Below, one piece after another: positions 19,530 through 29,392 of a DNA stretch of 64,000 nt. The number at the start of each line of letters is the position of its first letter. Position 1 is the stretch's first letter. The stretch covers positions 1,615-65,614 of the forward strand of contig JAUWGW010000007.1 of the NCBI GenBank assembly GCA_030606215.1. Direction: 5' to 3'. This stretch comes from a bacterium. GTDB taxonomy: Bacteria > NPL-UPA2 > JAUVJM01. The notes under the pieces are model-generated. The model had not been told where the DNA came from and did no database searches. It worked only from the letters and a program-made list of their open reading frames with translations. Both the position numbers and the translations under genes were made by a program.

Positions 19530-20283
19530 TTTGCCTCCTCCTTATAGCGTAAATGCACACGCAACTGAATACTATGGTGGCACCTGCCACAACCTGTGTC
19601 CATGGCATTTTCATATTCCATAAATACATGGAATCTGCCCGGAAAAATTCTATTCCAGACCTGAGTACTGAATACATAATAGCATACAGCAAAAAAATGG
19701 AGCCGTCAGCCATTTTTTTCATTCTCAGTCTGTAAAGCAGAAGGAAGATTGAGAGATTTCCCACTATTTCATAAAGCTGTGTTGGGTGTAAAGGGACATT
19801 TACCGGAGCCATTGATTGAGGATTTCTGAATATGACTGCCCACGGAAGAGTGGTTTCCTTCCCGAAACAACAACCATTAAGAAAACATCCAACTCTCCCT
19901 ATAGCTTGTGCCAGGATGATGGCAGGGGCTCCTGCATCAGCAAATTTCCAGAAGGGAATACCCCTCCTCTTTGTAAACCATATTCCTGCGAGGAATCCTC
20001 CAAGAATTCCTCCATGAAAAGCGAGCCCTCCCTGCCATATTTTAACAATATCCAGGGGATGTTCCAGGAAACAATCAATGTGCAGAATTACATAATATAA
20101 TCTGGCTCCGAGAATGCCGCTTATGATTGCAAGAGAAGCAAAATCAATCATACATTCAGAACCGAGTCCTTTCCTCCTGGTTTCATTCTTTGCCAGATAA
20201 ATAGCGATGAGGAAAGCAGTCGCTATCATCACGCCATAGAGGCGAATTGTAATTGGACCAAGTTTAAGAAGAACTGGATACAT
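19510..20283 (-). CDS. lgt: Prolipoprotein diacylglyceryl transferase
   Basis: LGARLYYV, WQGGLAFHGG, GRVGCFLNG, HPTQLYE, EFFR. Confidence 0.95.
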   Translation of the reverse strand: MYPVLLKLGPITIRLYGVMIATAFLIAIYLAKNETRRKGLGSECMIDFASLAIISGILGARLYYVILHIDCFLEHPLDIVKIWQGGLAFHGGILGGFLAGIWFTKRRGIPFWKFADAGAPAIILAQAIGRVGCFLNGCCFGKETTLPWAVIFRNPQSMAPVNVPLHPTQLYEIVGNLSIFLLLYRLRMKKMADGSIFLLYAIMYSVLRSGIEFFRADSMYLWNMKMPWTQVVAGATIVFSCVCIYAIRRRQIGKEKG

Positions 20284-21070
20284 TTTCTCTCACAATGAGA
20301 ACTTTTGCAGGGCATTTCTCCACTGCTTTTGCAATCTTCTCCATATTATCTGAATGGATATGCGGGAGATTACCATCCATTGTAATTGCCTGAGGTGCGA
20401 CCTTTGCACATATCCCACAGCCGAAACAACCGACATTACAGATTTCCCTCACATCTTTCCCTCTATCTTTTGAAACGCATGCCACATACGCTTTTGTCTC
20501 TCTTGGAATAAGCTGAATGATATTTCCTGGACATACTTTCACGCAGAGCCCACATCCCGTGCATGCATCCTCATCCACGACAGGCAAGCAATTCTCATCC
20601 ATTTTAAGCGCACCAAAAGGGCAGGCATCAACACATGACCCAAACCCTAAACATCCATATGGACATCTCTTACCGCCACCCTGGAGGAGAGAGGCGGCAA
20701 GACAATTATTAATCCCTTGATAGATAAATTTTTCTTCTACTTTGTTCTTTCCTCCTCTGCAGCAGACTACAGCTACCTGTGGCACGGATTCTTCCAATTC
20801 GGCTCCCATTACTTCGGCTAATTTCATGTTGACCTCATTCCCGCCGGCAATACAGGCGTTTACAGGCGCTTTCCCGCTCACTACTGCAGCTGCATAAGCC
20901 TGACATCCCGGAAATCCACATGCGCCACAATTTGTTCCGGGAAGTACTTGCATCACTTCTTCTTCATGTCTGTCCACTGCGACGCCAAACTTCTTCGCTG
21001 CAATACCAAGACCTATCCCGAGAATTAACCCGATACCCGCAAGACTTAGAATTGCCAGAAATGCAGTCAT
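20264..21070 (-). CDS. rnfB: Rnf complex subunit B (polyferredoxin)
   Basis: TM helix, LPGTNCGACGFPGC, multiple CxxCxxCxxxCP; ATG 21070 overlaps the upstream stop (ATGA). Confidence 0.92.
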   Translation of the reverse strand: MTAFLAILSLAGIGLILGIGLGIAAKKFGVAVDRHEEEVMQVLPGTNCGACGFPGCQAYAAAVVSGKAPVNACIAGGNEVNMKLAEVMGAELEESVPQVAVVCCRGGKNKVEEKFIYQGINNCLAASLLQGGGKRCPYGCLGFGSCVDACPFGALKMDENCLPVVDEDACTGCGLCVKVCPGNIIQLIPRETKAYVACVSKDRGKDVREICNVGCFGCGICAKVAPQAITMDGNLPHIHSDNMEKIAKAVEKCPAKVLIVRENVSSSS

Positions 21071-21747
21071 CTTTCCCTCAGTAGTTTGGCACATATAGTT
21101 ACCATATGAACCCAGAGACTGCTTCTATTAGTAATCAGTCTGGCAGAATGCAGGTTTCGTAGAAATTCTTGAGGAGTATTGAAACTGTTTAGCTCCACAT
21201 ATGCCCTTCCTACCTCAGAGTTTAAATGAGCATCACTTCCTACCACCATGGCAAATCCATTCTCTCGTGCTAAGCTCAATGCTTTTTGGTTGTCTTTTAC
21301 ATATATATTTCTTGAGTTAAATACTTCTATAATATCTACTCTTTTTACCTCGTCCTTGTGCGCAAGAGCGGGGTTTATGAGCCTCTCCAGAGCATCCTTC
21401 TTTATCTTAGATTTCCTAAAAGAGCCAAAAGGATGAGGGATTCCAACCAGCCCCCCTTGAACTTTTATCCGCTCAATAGTTTCCTCCAGAGGCAGTTGCG
21501 GAGGGATTGCCTCCTCCAGGAAATAACCCATAATTTCCCCTTCCTGAGTGTCAATTTCTTCCCCTACAATCACCTTGAAATCAGGAGGAGCTAATTTCTT
21601 TAATGCCAGAGCTCCCTCAATAGTATTATGGTCGGTAATGGCTACTCCGGTCAGCCCTCTTTTAGCACAAGTTGAAATTATGGCTTTTTCTGACAGGAGA
21701 CTATCCGGGGAATAACGAGTATGGACATGCATATCTATCTTAAGCAT
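21067..21747 (-). CDS. PHP domain phosphoesterase
   Basis: DMHVHT, ITDHN, GEEI, PHPF, GSDAH motifs. Confidence 0.9.
   Translation of the reverse strand: MLKIDMHVHTRYSPDSLLSEKAIISTCAKRGLTGVAITDHNTIEGALALKKLAPPDFKVIVGEEIDTQEGEIMGYFLEEAIPPQLPLEETIERIKVQGGLVGIPHPFGSFRKSKIKKDALERLINPALAHKDEVKRVDIIEVFNSRNIYVKDNQKALSLARENGFAMVVGSDAHLNSEVGRAYVELNSFNTPQEFLRNLHSARLITNRSSLWVHMVTICAKLLRER
21347..21374. repeat. Imperfect palindrome inside the PHP gene
   Basis: acctcgtccttg-tgcg-caagagcggggt; lies in the segment encoding NPALAHKDEV. Confidence 0.6.
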
Positions 21748-21758
21748 AAGTTGTACTT

Positions 21759-22637
21759 TCACCAATATAATATTATCCCTGCTGTTATCGCCCACAAAAT
21801 GATATCAATCATCAAAGGCTTATCTGTAACTAAAATATCTTCCGGCTTTCCGCCTGTTCCCTTTTGGTGAATGAGATACAGGTATCTGAAAATGCCATAC
21901 AGGACAAAAGGAACGGTAAACACAAGGTTCCTGGTGCCAAACTTTCCTATTGTTTTTTCAGACATGGTATACAGGGCATAAGCCACCACAGTTGAAGCAG
22001 TAACTACTGAGATCATCTGATCTAACAGATAAGAACTATATTCCGCCAGAACCTGTCTATGATTTTGTGCTCCCCCCTCCAGCTCTACCACTTCATATCT
22101 TCTCTTACTCAATCCTAAGAAGAGAGAGAGAAGAATTGTGCAGATTATTAGCCAGGAGGAAATCTCTACATTAATGACCACTGCGCCAGCCACAACCCTG
22201 AGTACAAAACCACAGGCAATAGTGAAAACATCTAAAATGACTATGCGCTTCAGTAGAAAAGAGTAGGCTAATTGGAGTAGGAAATAAGCCAGAGTAACCA
22301 GGAAAAAAGACGGGCTTAAGTAATAGGACGCTGCTAACAAAGGAGGTATTAAAATTGTCAGAGTGAGCACAGCATGGGAAATTTTAAGCCTTCCTGAAGC
22401 AATTGGTCTATGAGATTTATCCGGATGGCGTCTGTCCTGTTTTAAATCAGAAAGGTCGTTGAGAATGTAGATTGAGCCGGAAAGAAGGCAGAAAATAAAA
22501 AATGCAAATGTTACTTTGAAGAGCAAGGGGAAATTGAAAATGTTTTGAGAAAACAAAATTCCGGCGAAGATGAAGAGGTTCTTCGTCCACTGTTTAGGAC
22601 GAAGGCTTTCCCATACACAGACAAGAAAATTCATCAT
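21759..22637 (-). CDS. UbiA family polyprenyl-phosphate phosphoribosyltransferase (DPPR synthase-like)
   Basis: RPKQWTKN, YILND..D...D..HP.K..RPIASG, KRR.E, GIFRY. Confidence 0.9.
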   Translation of the reverse strand: MMNFLVCVWESLRPKQWTKNLFIFAGILFSQNIFNFPLLFKVTFAFFIFCLLSGSIYILNDLSDLKQDRRHPDKSHRPIASGRLKISHAVLTLTILIPPLLAASYYLSPSFFLVTLAYFLLQLAYSFLLKRIVILDVFTIACGFVLRVVAGAVVINVEISSWLIICTILLSLFLGLSKRRYEVVELEGGAQNHRQVLAEYSSYLLDQMISVVTASTVVAYALYTMSEKTIGKFGTRNLVFTVPFVLYGIFRYLYLIHQKGTGGKPEDILVTDKPLMIDIILWAITAGIILYW

Positions 22638-22666
22638 TCTCTCCTAATGTAAACCAGTGAACCGTG

Positions 22667-22694
22667 TGTCATTCTGAACGAAGTGAAGAATCTC
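22667..22694 (+). repeat. TGTCATT-family short repeat (half element)
   Basis: tgtcattctgaacgaagtgaagaatctc; related copies at 24968, 49467 and 59112. Confidence 0.75.
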
Positions 22695-23727
22695 ATAGGA
22701 ATTTTTTAAACAATGTCAGTATCCCCTGTTTCCATGGGACGCGATGTGTAACACCTGACCCCGTAATCTCATGAGTGTGCTCAAGATAGTGTCTATACGA
22801 TCTTATCAAAGATTCTGCATTGCTATACCGTGGTGTCCAGCCGAGTATTCTTTCAGCTTTCTCTATTGAAACAAAGGAATCCTTATCTGCGGTTCCATAA
22901 ACCCATTTATAGAGGGGCGAAACTCTAATTATCCAGAACAGTTCAAGTAAAGGCTTTACGACCCAGGAAGGCACAGGAAAAACATGAGCGCCGGTTTTAG
23001 CATAGTCACACAACGCTCCAACATCTTCCAATACAGTACCAAATTCTTTAGCTCCTGCATTGAAGGTATCGTTAACCTTTTCTTCCGGCAGTGTCATCAT
23101 TAAATAAACCGCATCCACTAAATCGTCAACCTCCAACAATTGATAGCGATTTTTCCCACTCCCTATAATCGGAATTTTTTTCCCACTCCTGACCCAATCA
23201 TACAGAATCTGGAATACACCGAGCCTGCCCATCCCGATGAAAGTTTTTGGCCGAACTACAGGGATGCACAACCCCTTCTGCCTGTATTCTTCGCATATCT
23301 TTTCCGCCTCAATCTTACTTTCTCCGTATGGGCCTACCCCAACAAGCGGGTCATTTTCGTAAATAGGGTGTTTCTCAGGGACGCCGTATACAGCAGTTGA
23401 AGATATAAGAACAACTCTCTTTATACCATTCTTTACAGCAGATTCAAAGACACATCTTGTGCCTCCGACATTTGTGCTGAAGATGTCTTTTTTCTTCCAC
23501 AATGGTAAAGCTGCTGCAGTATGTATAACAACATCTGCATTTGCAAGTATTTTATCCAGAGATTCAAAGTCCCGAACATCAGTGTTGAAATACTTAATAT
23601 TATCAGGATATTCCGCAGGGTCTATTGGCGCAATATCAATAACAAGAATCTCATCAAACTTCTCAGCAAACCTGTTACACAGGTGAAAACCTAAAAATCC
23701 TGCTCCTCCAGTTACAGCAAGCTTCAA
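22693..23727 (-). CDS. NAD-dependent epimerase/dehydratase (extended SDR)
   Basis: TGGAGFLG, SSTAVYG, YGESK catalytic motif. Confidence 0.9.
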   Translation of the reverse strand: MKLAVTGGAGFLGFHLCNRFAEKFDEILVIDIAPIDPAEYPDNIKYFNTDVRDFESLDKILANADVVIHTAAALPLWKKKDIFSTNVGGTRCVFESAVKNGIKRVVLISSTAVYGVPEKHPIYENDPLVGVGPYGESKIEAEKICEEYRQKGLCIPVVRPKTFIGMGRLGVFQILYDWVRSGKKIPIIGSGKNRYQLLEVDDLVDAVYLMMTLPEEKVNDTFNAGAKEFGTVLEDVGALCDYAKTGAHVFPVPSWVVKPLLELFWIIRVSPLYKWVYGTADKDSFVSIEKAERILGWTPRYSNAESLIRSYRHYLEHTHEITGSGVTHRVPWKQGILTLFKKFL

Positions 23728-23748
23728 GATAAATCCTCCTCATGATTT

Positions 23749-24351
23749 TTAATGTGGCACAATGCCTGCAAATCCGAAGAATGCCATGGACATAAGTCCT
23801 GCAGTTATGAAAGCGATTGCTGCCCCCTTAAAACTTTCAGGAACATTGGCAAGTTCAAGTCTTTCCCTGATACCTGACATTAGGAGCATTGCAATTGTAA
23901 ATCCAACCCCTGCTCCAAACCCGTGAACAACACTTTTCAGGAAGCTTAGCTCGGCCACCTCTCCGTTGTGGAAGAACATATTTATATTTAAAACAGCAAC
24001 GCCCAGGACCGCACAGTTTGTTGTAATAAGCGGCAGGTAGATTCCAAGCGCTCTGTAAAGCGCAGGACTCAGTTTCTGAATTACAATCTCTACAAACTGA
24101 ACGAAACTTGCTATTACAAGGATAAATGCAATGGTCCTCAAGAATTCAAGATTGTATGGAAGAAGAATATAACGGTATACAAGCCATGTTACAGAAGATG
24201 CAAGAGTCATTACAAATATGACAGCCATCCCCATACCGATTGCCGGCTCAGTCCTTTTTGATACACCAATATATGGACAGAGTCCCAGGAATCTTGAAAG
24301 GACGAAATTGTTGACGAAAACTGCGCTGACAAATATTAAGACAATCTCCAT
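23749..24351 (-). CDS. rnfA: Rnf complex subunit A
   Basis: [29 protein letters not shown]. Confidence 0.95.
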   Translation of the reverse strand: MEIVLIFVSAVFVNNFVLSRFLGLCPYIGVSKRTEPAIGMGMAVIFVMTLASSVTWLVYRYILLPYNLEFLRTIAFILVIASFVQFVEIVIQKLSPALYRALGIYLPLITTNCAVLGVAVLNINMFFHNGEVAELSFLKSVVHGFGAGVGFTIAMLLMSGIRERLELANVPESFKGAAIAFITAGLMSMAFFGFAGIVPH

Positions 24352-24371
24352 CCTATCTCCTTCGCTGGCAT

Positions 24372-24956
24372 TTATCTCTTTCTCTTCATCTGTTTAAGTG
24401 CAAGAATAAACCCTATTGTGAGAAAAGCTCCTGGAGGAAGGAGCATAAGAGCAACCGGCTCAAATTCGGTTGATATGCTCACCCCAAAAATCTTCCCCGA
24501 GCCCAGTGCTTCCCTTATAATTGAAATAATGAGCAAGCCTGCCGTAAATCCAAAACCCATACCCAGCCCGTCCACAACTGCTCTCGCAGGAGAATTTCTT
24601 GAAGCAAATGCTTCTGCCCTTCCAAGAATTATGCAGTTAACGACAATCAGCGGGATGAATATACCAAGCTGCCTGTTTAGCTCTGGTAAATAGGCAGAAA
24701 GTATACGTTCCACAATTACTACAAATGTGGCGATGATGATAATGAAACACGGAATCCTCATTCTTTGAGGGAAAAGTTTCCTCGTGATAGAGATTGTCAG
24801 GTTTGATGAAACAAGCACAAAGGTTGTTGCAATTCCCATCCCGAGACCATTCGCGAATGAAGTTGAAACAGCCAATGTCGGACACAAGCCAAGCATCAGC
24901 ACAAATACAGGATTTTCTTTGAATAGCCCTTTTAAAAATTCTCTCAACATATTCAT
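24372..24956 (-). CDS. rnfE: Rnf complex subunit E
   Basis: [32 protein letters not shown]; start 24956 or 24950. Confidence 0.95.
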   Translation of the reverse strand: MNMLREFLKGLFKENPVFVLMLGLCPTLAVSTSFANGLGMGIATTFVLVSSNLTISITRKLFPQRMRIPCFIIIIATFVVIVERILSAYLPELNRQLGIFIPLIVVNCIILGRAEAFASRNSPARAVVDGLGMGFGFTAGLLIISIIREALGSGKIFGVSISTEFEPVALMLLPPGAFLTIGFILALKQMKRKR

Positions 24957-24967
24957 AACACCGTATT

Positions 24968-25002
24968 TGTCATTGCGAGGAGTGGAGCGACGAAGCAATC
25001 TC
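24968..25002 (+). repeat. TGTCATT-family repeat forming the 3' end of rnfG
   Basis: tgtcattgcgaggagtggagcgacgaagcaatctc; on the minus strand it reads EIASSLHSSQ-stop. Confidence 0.8.
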
Positions 25003-25578
25003 ATCTATTTTCTCTCTCACAGAATCAATAACAGCCTTTGAGGAAATTGTTGCGCCGGTAATTGCCTCCATCTTCTCTGTGTGCAGGTCCTCTGACTTTT
25101 TCCCGGCAAATTGTTTTTGGAACCATGGTTTTTTATCCACTCTTACTTTCTTCACATCTCTCCGGAAAATATCCCTGATGGTTTTGCCTGAAGGAACTTC
25201 CTCAATTCTTGCTCCAAGACCTGGGGTTTCCTGCTGGCTCAGGATTTTAAGTCCTGTAATTTCCCCCTCGGGAGTTATACCGACCATAGTCCTTATAGTA
25301 CTGCTGTAACCTTTCCCCTCAGCAATAAAGGCTATTCCCACTATCTTTTCTCTATCTCCGGATTCATACCCGATGTAATAAAAGATGTCCCGCTTTTTCA
25401 CAGGCTCAAAGACTTTTGCAGTCGGAAGAACCTCAAGCAGGGCTTTCTGCTTTTCCTCCTCCAGGACTTTCTTCCTTCTCTCCTCAGTAACATTATAAAC
25501 AATGGCAAGTGAACCTGCTGAAAATGCCGCTACAACCATCAATATAATTCCAAACCTCACTATGTCACGCATTTCCAT
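24970..25578 (-). CDS. rnfG: Rnf complex subunit G
   Basis: ETPGLG and FMN-attachment motif AITGATISS; start 25578 or 25572. Confidence 0.93.
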   Translation of the reverse strand: MEMRDIVRFGIILMVVAAFSAGSLAIVYNVTEERRKKVLEEEKQKALLEVLPTAKVFEPVKKRDIFYYIGYESGDREKIVGIAFIAEGKGYSSTIRTMVGITPEGEITGLKILSQQETPGLGARIEEVPSGKTIRDIFRRDVKKVRVDKKPWFQKQFAGKKSEDLHTEKMEAITGATISSKAVIDSVREKIDEIASSLHSSQ

Positions 25579-26599
25579 ATCTTCTCGGCTTGGCATACCT
25601 ATCAATCATAGGAGTAGCCGCATTCATCAGAAGAATTGCAAATGAAACTCCTTCAGGATAACCTGCATACAGACGGATTATAGCGGTGAGGAACCCGCAT
25701 CCGAGTCCGAAGATAATTTTCCCTTCGCCAGTCATTGGGGATGTTACCATATCAGTAGCCATGAAAAATGCTCCGAGAATTGCTCCTCCTGAAAAAATGT
25801 GAAAAAGAACATTTCCGTGGAAAGGTTTGCTTGCTCCAGGAATCCAGAGGAGCCATGCAAAAACTGCTAAACTCCCGAGGAAACTTAAAGGAATATGCCA
25901 GCTAATTATACCCTTTACGAGGAGAAAGATTGCTCCAATAATGAGGAGCAAAGCGGCAGTTTCTCCAATGCATCCCCCAATATTACCTGTAAATAGTCTA
26001 AGTAAAGTATCCGAAGAATGCAAATCATTGAGGTGCTGAGAAGCTAATACTTTTACATTTTCCGCTGCATTTGGGTCAGAAAGCGTACGGTTTGCATCAA
26101 GCCATGCGGTTAGAGGAGTTGCTGACGTAATTCCATCTATTGAAATAATTCCAGCTCTCGGGGTTGCCCATCCTGTCGTCATATATCTACTGTAGGAAAG
26201 AAGAAGAAAAACCCGTCCACCGAGTGCAGGATTGAATATATTATGCCCAAGCCCTCCAAATGTCTGTTTCACAACACTGATAGCAAAGGCTGAGCCAAGA
26301 GCAGGCAGCCATAACGGTATATCCTGCGGTAGATTCAACGCAAGGAGTAAACCTGTAAGAAAAGCGCTCCCATCAGAAATTGCAACTGGCTTCTTCCTTA
26401 ACCATAAAATAATTGCTTCGGTGATGATAGCTGAAAGTATACTTACGCCGATAATTTGAAGCACCTTAACTCCAAAGAAATAAACTGCTCCGACTATAGC
26501 CGGAAGGAGTGCCAGAGACACTGACCACATAATCTTATTAACTGTTACCCCGGAACTCAAATGCGGGGCAGGGGATACAATGAACTTCTGCTCTCTCAC
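25565..26599 (-). CDS. rnfD: Rnf complex subunit D
   Basis: FGGLGHNIFNPA, DGITSATPL, FFMATDMVTSP, YPEG. Confidence 0.95.
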   Translation of the reverse strand: MREQKFIVSPAPHLSSGVTVNKIMWSVSLALLPAIVGAVYFFGVKVLQIIGVSILSAIITEAIILWLRKKPVAISDGSAFLTGLLLALNLPQDIPLWLPALGSAFAISVVKQTFGGLGHNIFNPALGGRVFLLLSYSRYMTTGWATPRAGIISIDGITSATPLTAWLDANRTLSDPNAAENVKVLASQHLNDLHSSDTLLRLFTGNIGGCIGETAALLLIIGAIFLLVKGIISWHIPLSFLGSLAVFAWLLWIPGASKPFHGNVLFHIFSGGAILGAFFMATDMVTSPMTGEGKIIFGLGCGFLTAIIRLYAGYPEGVSFAILLMNAATPMIDRYAKPRRYGNA

Positions 26600-26686
26600 A
26601 GGAGACTCCTTATTCGGCAGAATAAGCTTTGGAATTCTAATATAGTAGAATATACTCTCCTGCCAGCCTGGTCAAGACAAAAAAGG

Positions 26687-26715
26687 TTGCATTGGATGAG
26701 GGGAAGTTGTAATCT
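26687..26715 (+). promoter_or_regulatory. Putative sigma70 promoter, possibly leaderless mRNA
   Basis: TTGCAT-17 bp-TAATCT with only 6 nt before ATG 26722. Confidence 0.5.
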
Positions 26716-26721
26716 ACCAAT

Positions 26722-27741
26722 ATGAATAAACTGAGGCATATAACATCACTCTCCAGAGTTTTTCTAAACTATAAAAGAGGGAAAACTTGCCTCCGCTCAC
26801 TTCCAATCAGACTCTGGATAGAAACATCAAGTATCTGCAACTTGAGGTGTGTTATGTGTTTGAACAGAGCTCTTCCCAAGAGTGAGAAAGGACTTATGGA
26901 TTTTGGTTTATTCAGAAAAATTATAGATGAGGCAAAATCTTATGTCTATGACGTTTACCTGCATCATCGCGGCGAATCGTTAATTCATCCGGAGTTTCCA
27001 GAGATGATTGAGTATGCTAAGAAATCAGGTCTCAGAGTGAAGTTCCACACAAATGGAACACTTATGACCCCGGAGCTTTCGCTAAAAATACTTGAGGCAG
27101 GTCCTGACCTTGTTTCCTTCTCAGTAGATGGATTTACGAAGGAAGTTTATGAAAAGATCAGAGTGGGTGCAAATTTTGTTGGAACAGTTAATAATATTTC
27201 TTATTTTCTAAAATTAAAAAGGGAGAAGGGTTTAAATAAACCATATACGATAATTGAGGAGATTGAGTTTCCTGAGGTTATTGCTTCTTCTTATGAAGAT
27301 AGGAAGAAGTTTACGGAATATTTCAGGAAACTGGGGCTTGATGAAATAATCTTTAAAAAACTTTACAACTGGGCAGGTTACCTTGGCGAACCGAGTGGTG
27401 AGAGAACATATACAACGTGCACATTTTTGTGGTATTCCTGCGTGATTTTCTGGGATGGAACTGTTTCACCATGCCCGCAGGATTATTACGGGAAGATAAA
27501 GCTCGGGAATATCAAACATAATTCTCTGAGAGAGATATGGAATGGTACAGAGTATGTATCGCTCAGAAAACAGATGCTGAGGGATGTTGAAAAGCTTATC
27601 CCCTGTAATAAATGCGACAGACTCTGCAGGAAGAAAATAGCAGGCATCCCTTTCCAATATCTTATCTCCTACCTGAATGATAACATCATTGGTTACGGGA
27701 AACTGAGGAAAATATTCGGCTCCTATGAGAGAAATGAGTAG
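26722..27741 (+). CDS. Radical SAM protein with SPASM/twitch domain
   Basis: CNLRCVMC; C-terminal CTFLW...WDGTVSPC...GNI...IW...CNKC. Confidence 0.9.
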   Translation: MNKLRHITSLSRVFLNYKRGKTCLRSLPIRLWIETSSICNLRCVMCLNRALPKSEKGLMDFGLFRKIIDEAKSYVYDVYLHHRGESLIHPEFPEMIEYAKKSGLRVKFHTNGTLMTPELSLKILEAGPDLVSFSVDGFTKEVYEKIRVGANFVGTVNNISYFLKLKREKGLNKPYTIIEEIEFPEVIASSYEDRKKFTEYFRKLGLDEIIFKKLYNWAGYLGEPSGERTYTTCTFLWYSCVIFWDGTVSPCPQDYYGKIKLGNIKHNSLREIWNGTEYVSLRKQMLRDVEKLIPCNKCDRLCRKKIAGIPFQYLISYLNDNIIGYGKLRKIFGSYERNE

Positions 27742-28453
27742 AAAAGTTAAATCAGTGTTGAAACAGCAGAAGATAAAAATGATTCTTTCATACATCGGCG
27801 ATACTTCAGAAAAAAAATGTCTTGATATCGGAAGTGGCAGTGGAATTATCAGTCTTATCCTTCGGGAGAATGGTGGTGATTGGGCAAGCGCTGAGACGGA
27901 AGGAGAAGGCATGGATTCTATCAGGAAGGCAGTTGGAGAAAATGTTTATAAAATAGATGGTCAGTCTACTCCTTTTGGAGAAAGAAGTTTTGATATAGTT
28001 GTAATAGTTGATTTTCTTGAACACATTGATACTGATAGAGAATTTGTCGTAGAACTTTACCGGATAATGAAATATGGAGGGATTCTCATCATAAATGTGC
28101 CGCATCTCAGGAGATGTGCGCCCATCCCGGCGCTTCGTAATCTGATAGGACTAACCGATGAGAAACATGGGCATGTGCGCCCGGGGTATACACTTACGAT
28201 GCTAAAGAATTTGCTTGGTAAGGAATTTGAGATAGTGAGACACTCAGTGTATGTAAAGTTTTTTTCTGAACTCATTGAAACTGTAATTAATTTTGCGGGT
28301 AAAGGTGAGAAGAGGGAAGAGGTAACTGAAAAAGGACTTACGTTCAGGCTATATTCAATAATATATCCTTTCCTTTGCTTAATTTCAAAACTTGATTATC
28401 TCTTTTTTTTCACAAGAGGCGCGCGTTTGATTGTAGAAGCAAGGAAATGCTAG
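27725..28453 (+). CDS. Class I SAM-dependent methyltransferase
   Basis: LDIGSGSG, FDIVV, FLEHI. Confidence 0.88.
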   Translation: MREMSRKVKSVLKQQKIKMILSYIGDTSEKKCLDIGSGSGIISLILRENGGDWASAETEGEGMDSIRKAVGENVYKIDGQSTPFGERSFDIVVIVDFLEHIDTDREFVVELYRIMKYGGILIINVPHLRRCAPIPALRNLIGLTDEKHGHVRPGYTLTMLKNLLGKEFEIVRHSVYVKFFSELIETVINFAGKGEKREEVTEKGLTFRLYSIIYPFLCLISKLDYLFFFTRGARLIVEARKC

Positions 28454-29379
28454 CCCTTTTTCTTATAATACATTACTGTTTTTTCAAATCCTTCTTCAAG
28501 TGTATGGTCTGGCTTCCAGTTAATTTCTTGCCCGGCTTTTCCCGCATCGAGTGATATGCGTTCTACTTCTCCCGTTTTTGCATCTGCATACAGAGGTGGT
28601 TTATTGAAACCGATAATCCTTTTCAGCAATTTAAAAAGTTCAACGACTGAAGTTTCTCTACCGGTACCGAGATTGTAAATTTCCCCGTTTCCTTTTTCCA
28701 TACAGAGGATATTTGCAGAAGCCACGTCTTCTACATACACATAATCCCTTGTTTGTTTTCCTGTGCCAAATATTGTAGGGGATTCCCCCTGGAGCATTTT
28801 ACCGGTAAAGATAGCTACTACACCTGCTTCACCATGTGGATTTTGTCTTGGACCGTAGACATTTGCGTAGCGCAGGACTGTATATTTCAATCCTGCGTTA
28901 TGCGAGTAAAGGTAGAGATAATGTTCCACAGCATGTTTTGAAACTCCGTAAGGCGATAGTGGATTAACGGGATATGTTTCATCTACAGGGAGAGAGTCCG
29001 GCTCTCCATAAATTGCTCCTCCAGTAGATATATAGATAAATTTTTTCACCCCATTTGCTAAAGCTTCTTCTATCAGGTTTATACTGCCGATGACATTTGA
29101 CTTCAGGTCAAAAATTGGGTTACTTACTGATTTGCGGACATCAATTTGAGCGGCATGATGACTTACATAATCAGGTTTTTCGACCTCAAAAATTTCCTTC
29201 ACTTTTTCTCTATCACAGATATCTGCAAGATAGAATTTTGCATCCGGATTGATGTTCTCCTTGAGTCCTGTTGAAAGGTTATCCAAGACCACCACACTGT
29301 ACCCTTCCTTCAAAAGTCTGTCTACAACATTTGAACCTATGAAACCTGCTCCGCCTGTCACCAGCACCTTTTTAGTCAT
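28450..29379 (-). CDS. NAD-dependent epimerase (UDP-glucose 4-epimerase-like)
   Basis: TGGAGFIGS, STGGAIYG, YGVSK, RYANVYGPRQ. Confidence 0.92.
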   Translation of the reverse strand: MTKKVLVTGGAGFIGSNVVDRLLKEGYSVVVLDNLSTGLKENINPDAKFYLADICDREKVKEIFEVEKPDYVSHHAAQIDVRKSVSNPIFDLKSNVIGSINLIEEALANGVKKFIYISTGGAIYGEPDSLPVDETYPVNPLSPYGVSKHAVEHYLYLYSHNAGLKYTVLRYANVYGPRQNPHGEAGVVAIFTGKMLQGESPTIFGTGKQTRDYVYVEDVASANILCMEKGNGEIYNLGTGRETSVVELFKLLKRIIGFNKPPLYADAKTGEVERISLDAGKAGQEINWKPDHTLEEGFEKTVMYYKKKG

Positions 29380-29392
29380 AATTTTTCCCTCC

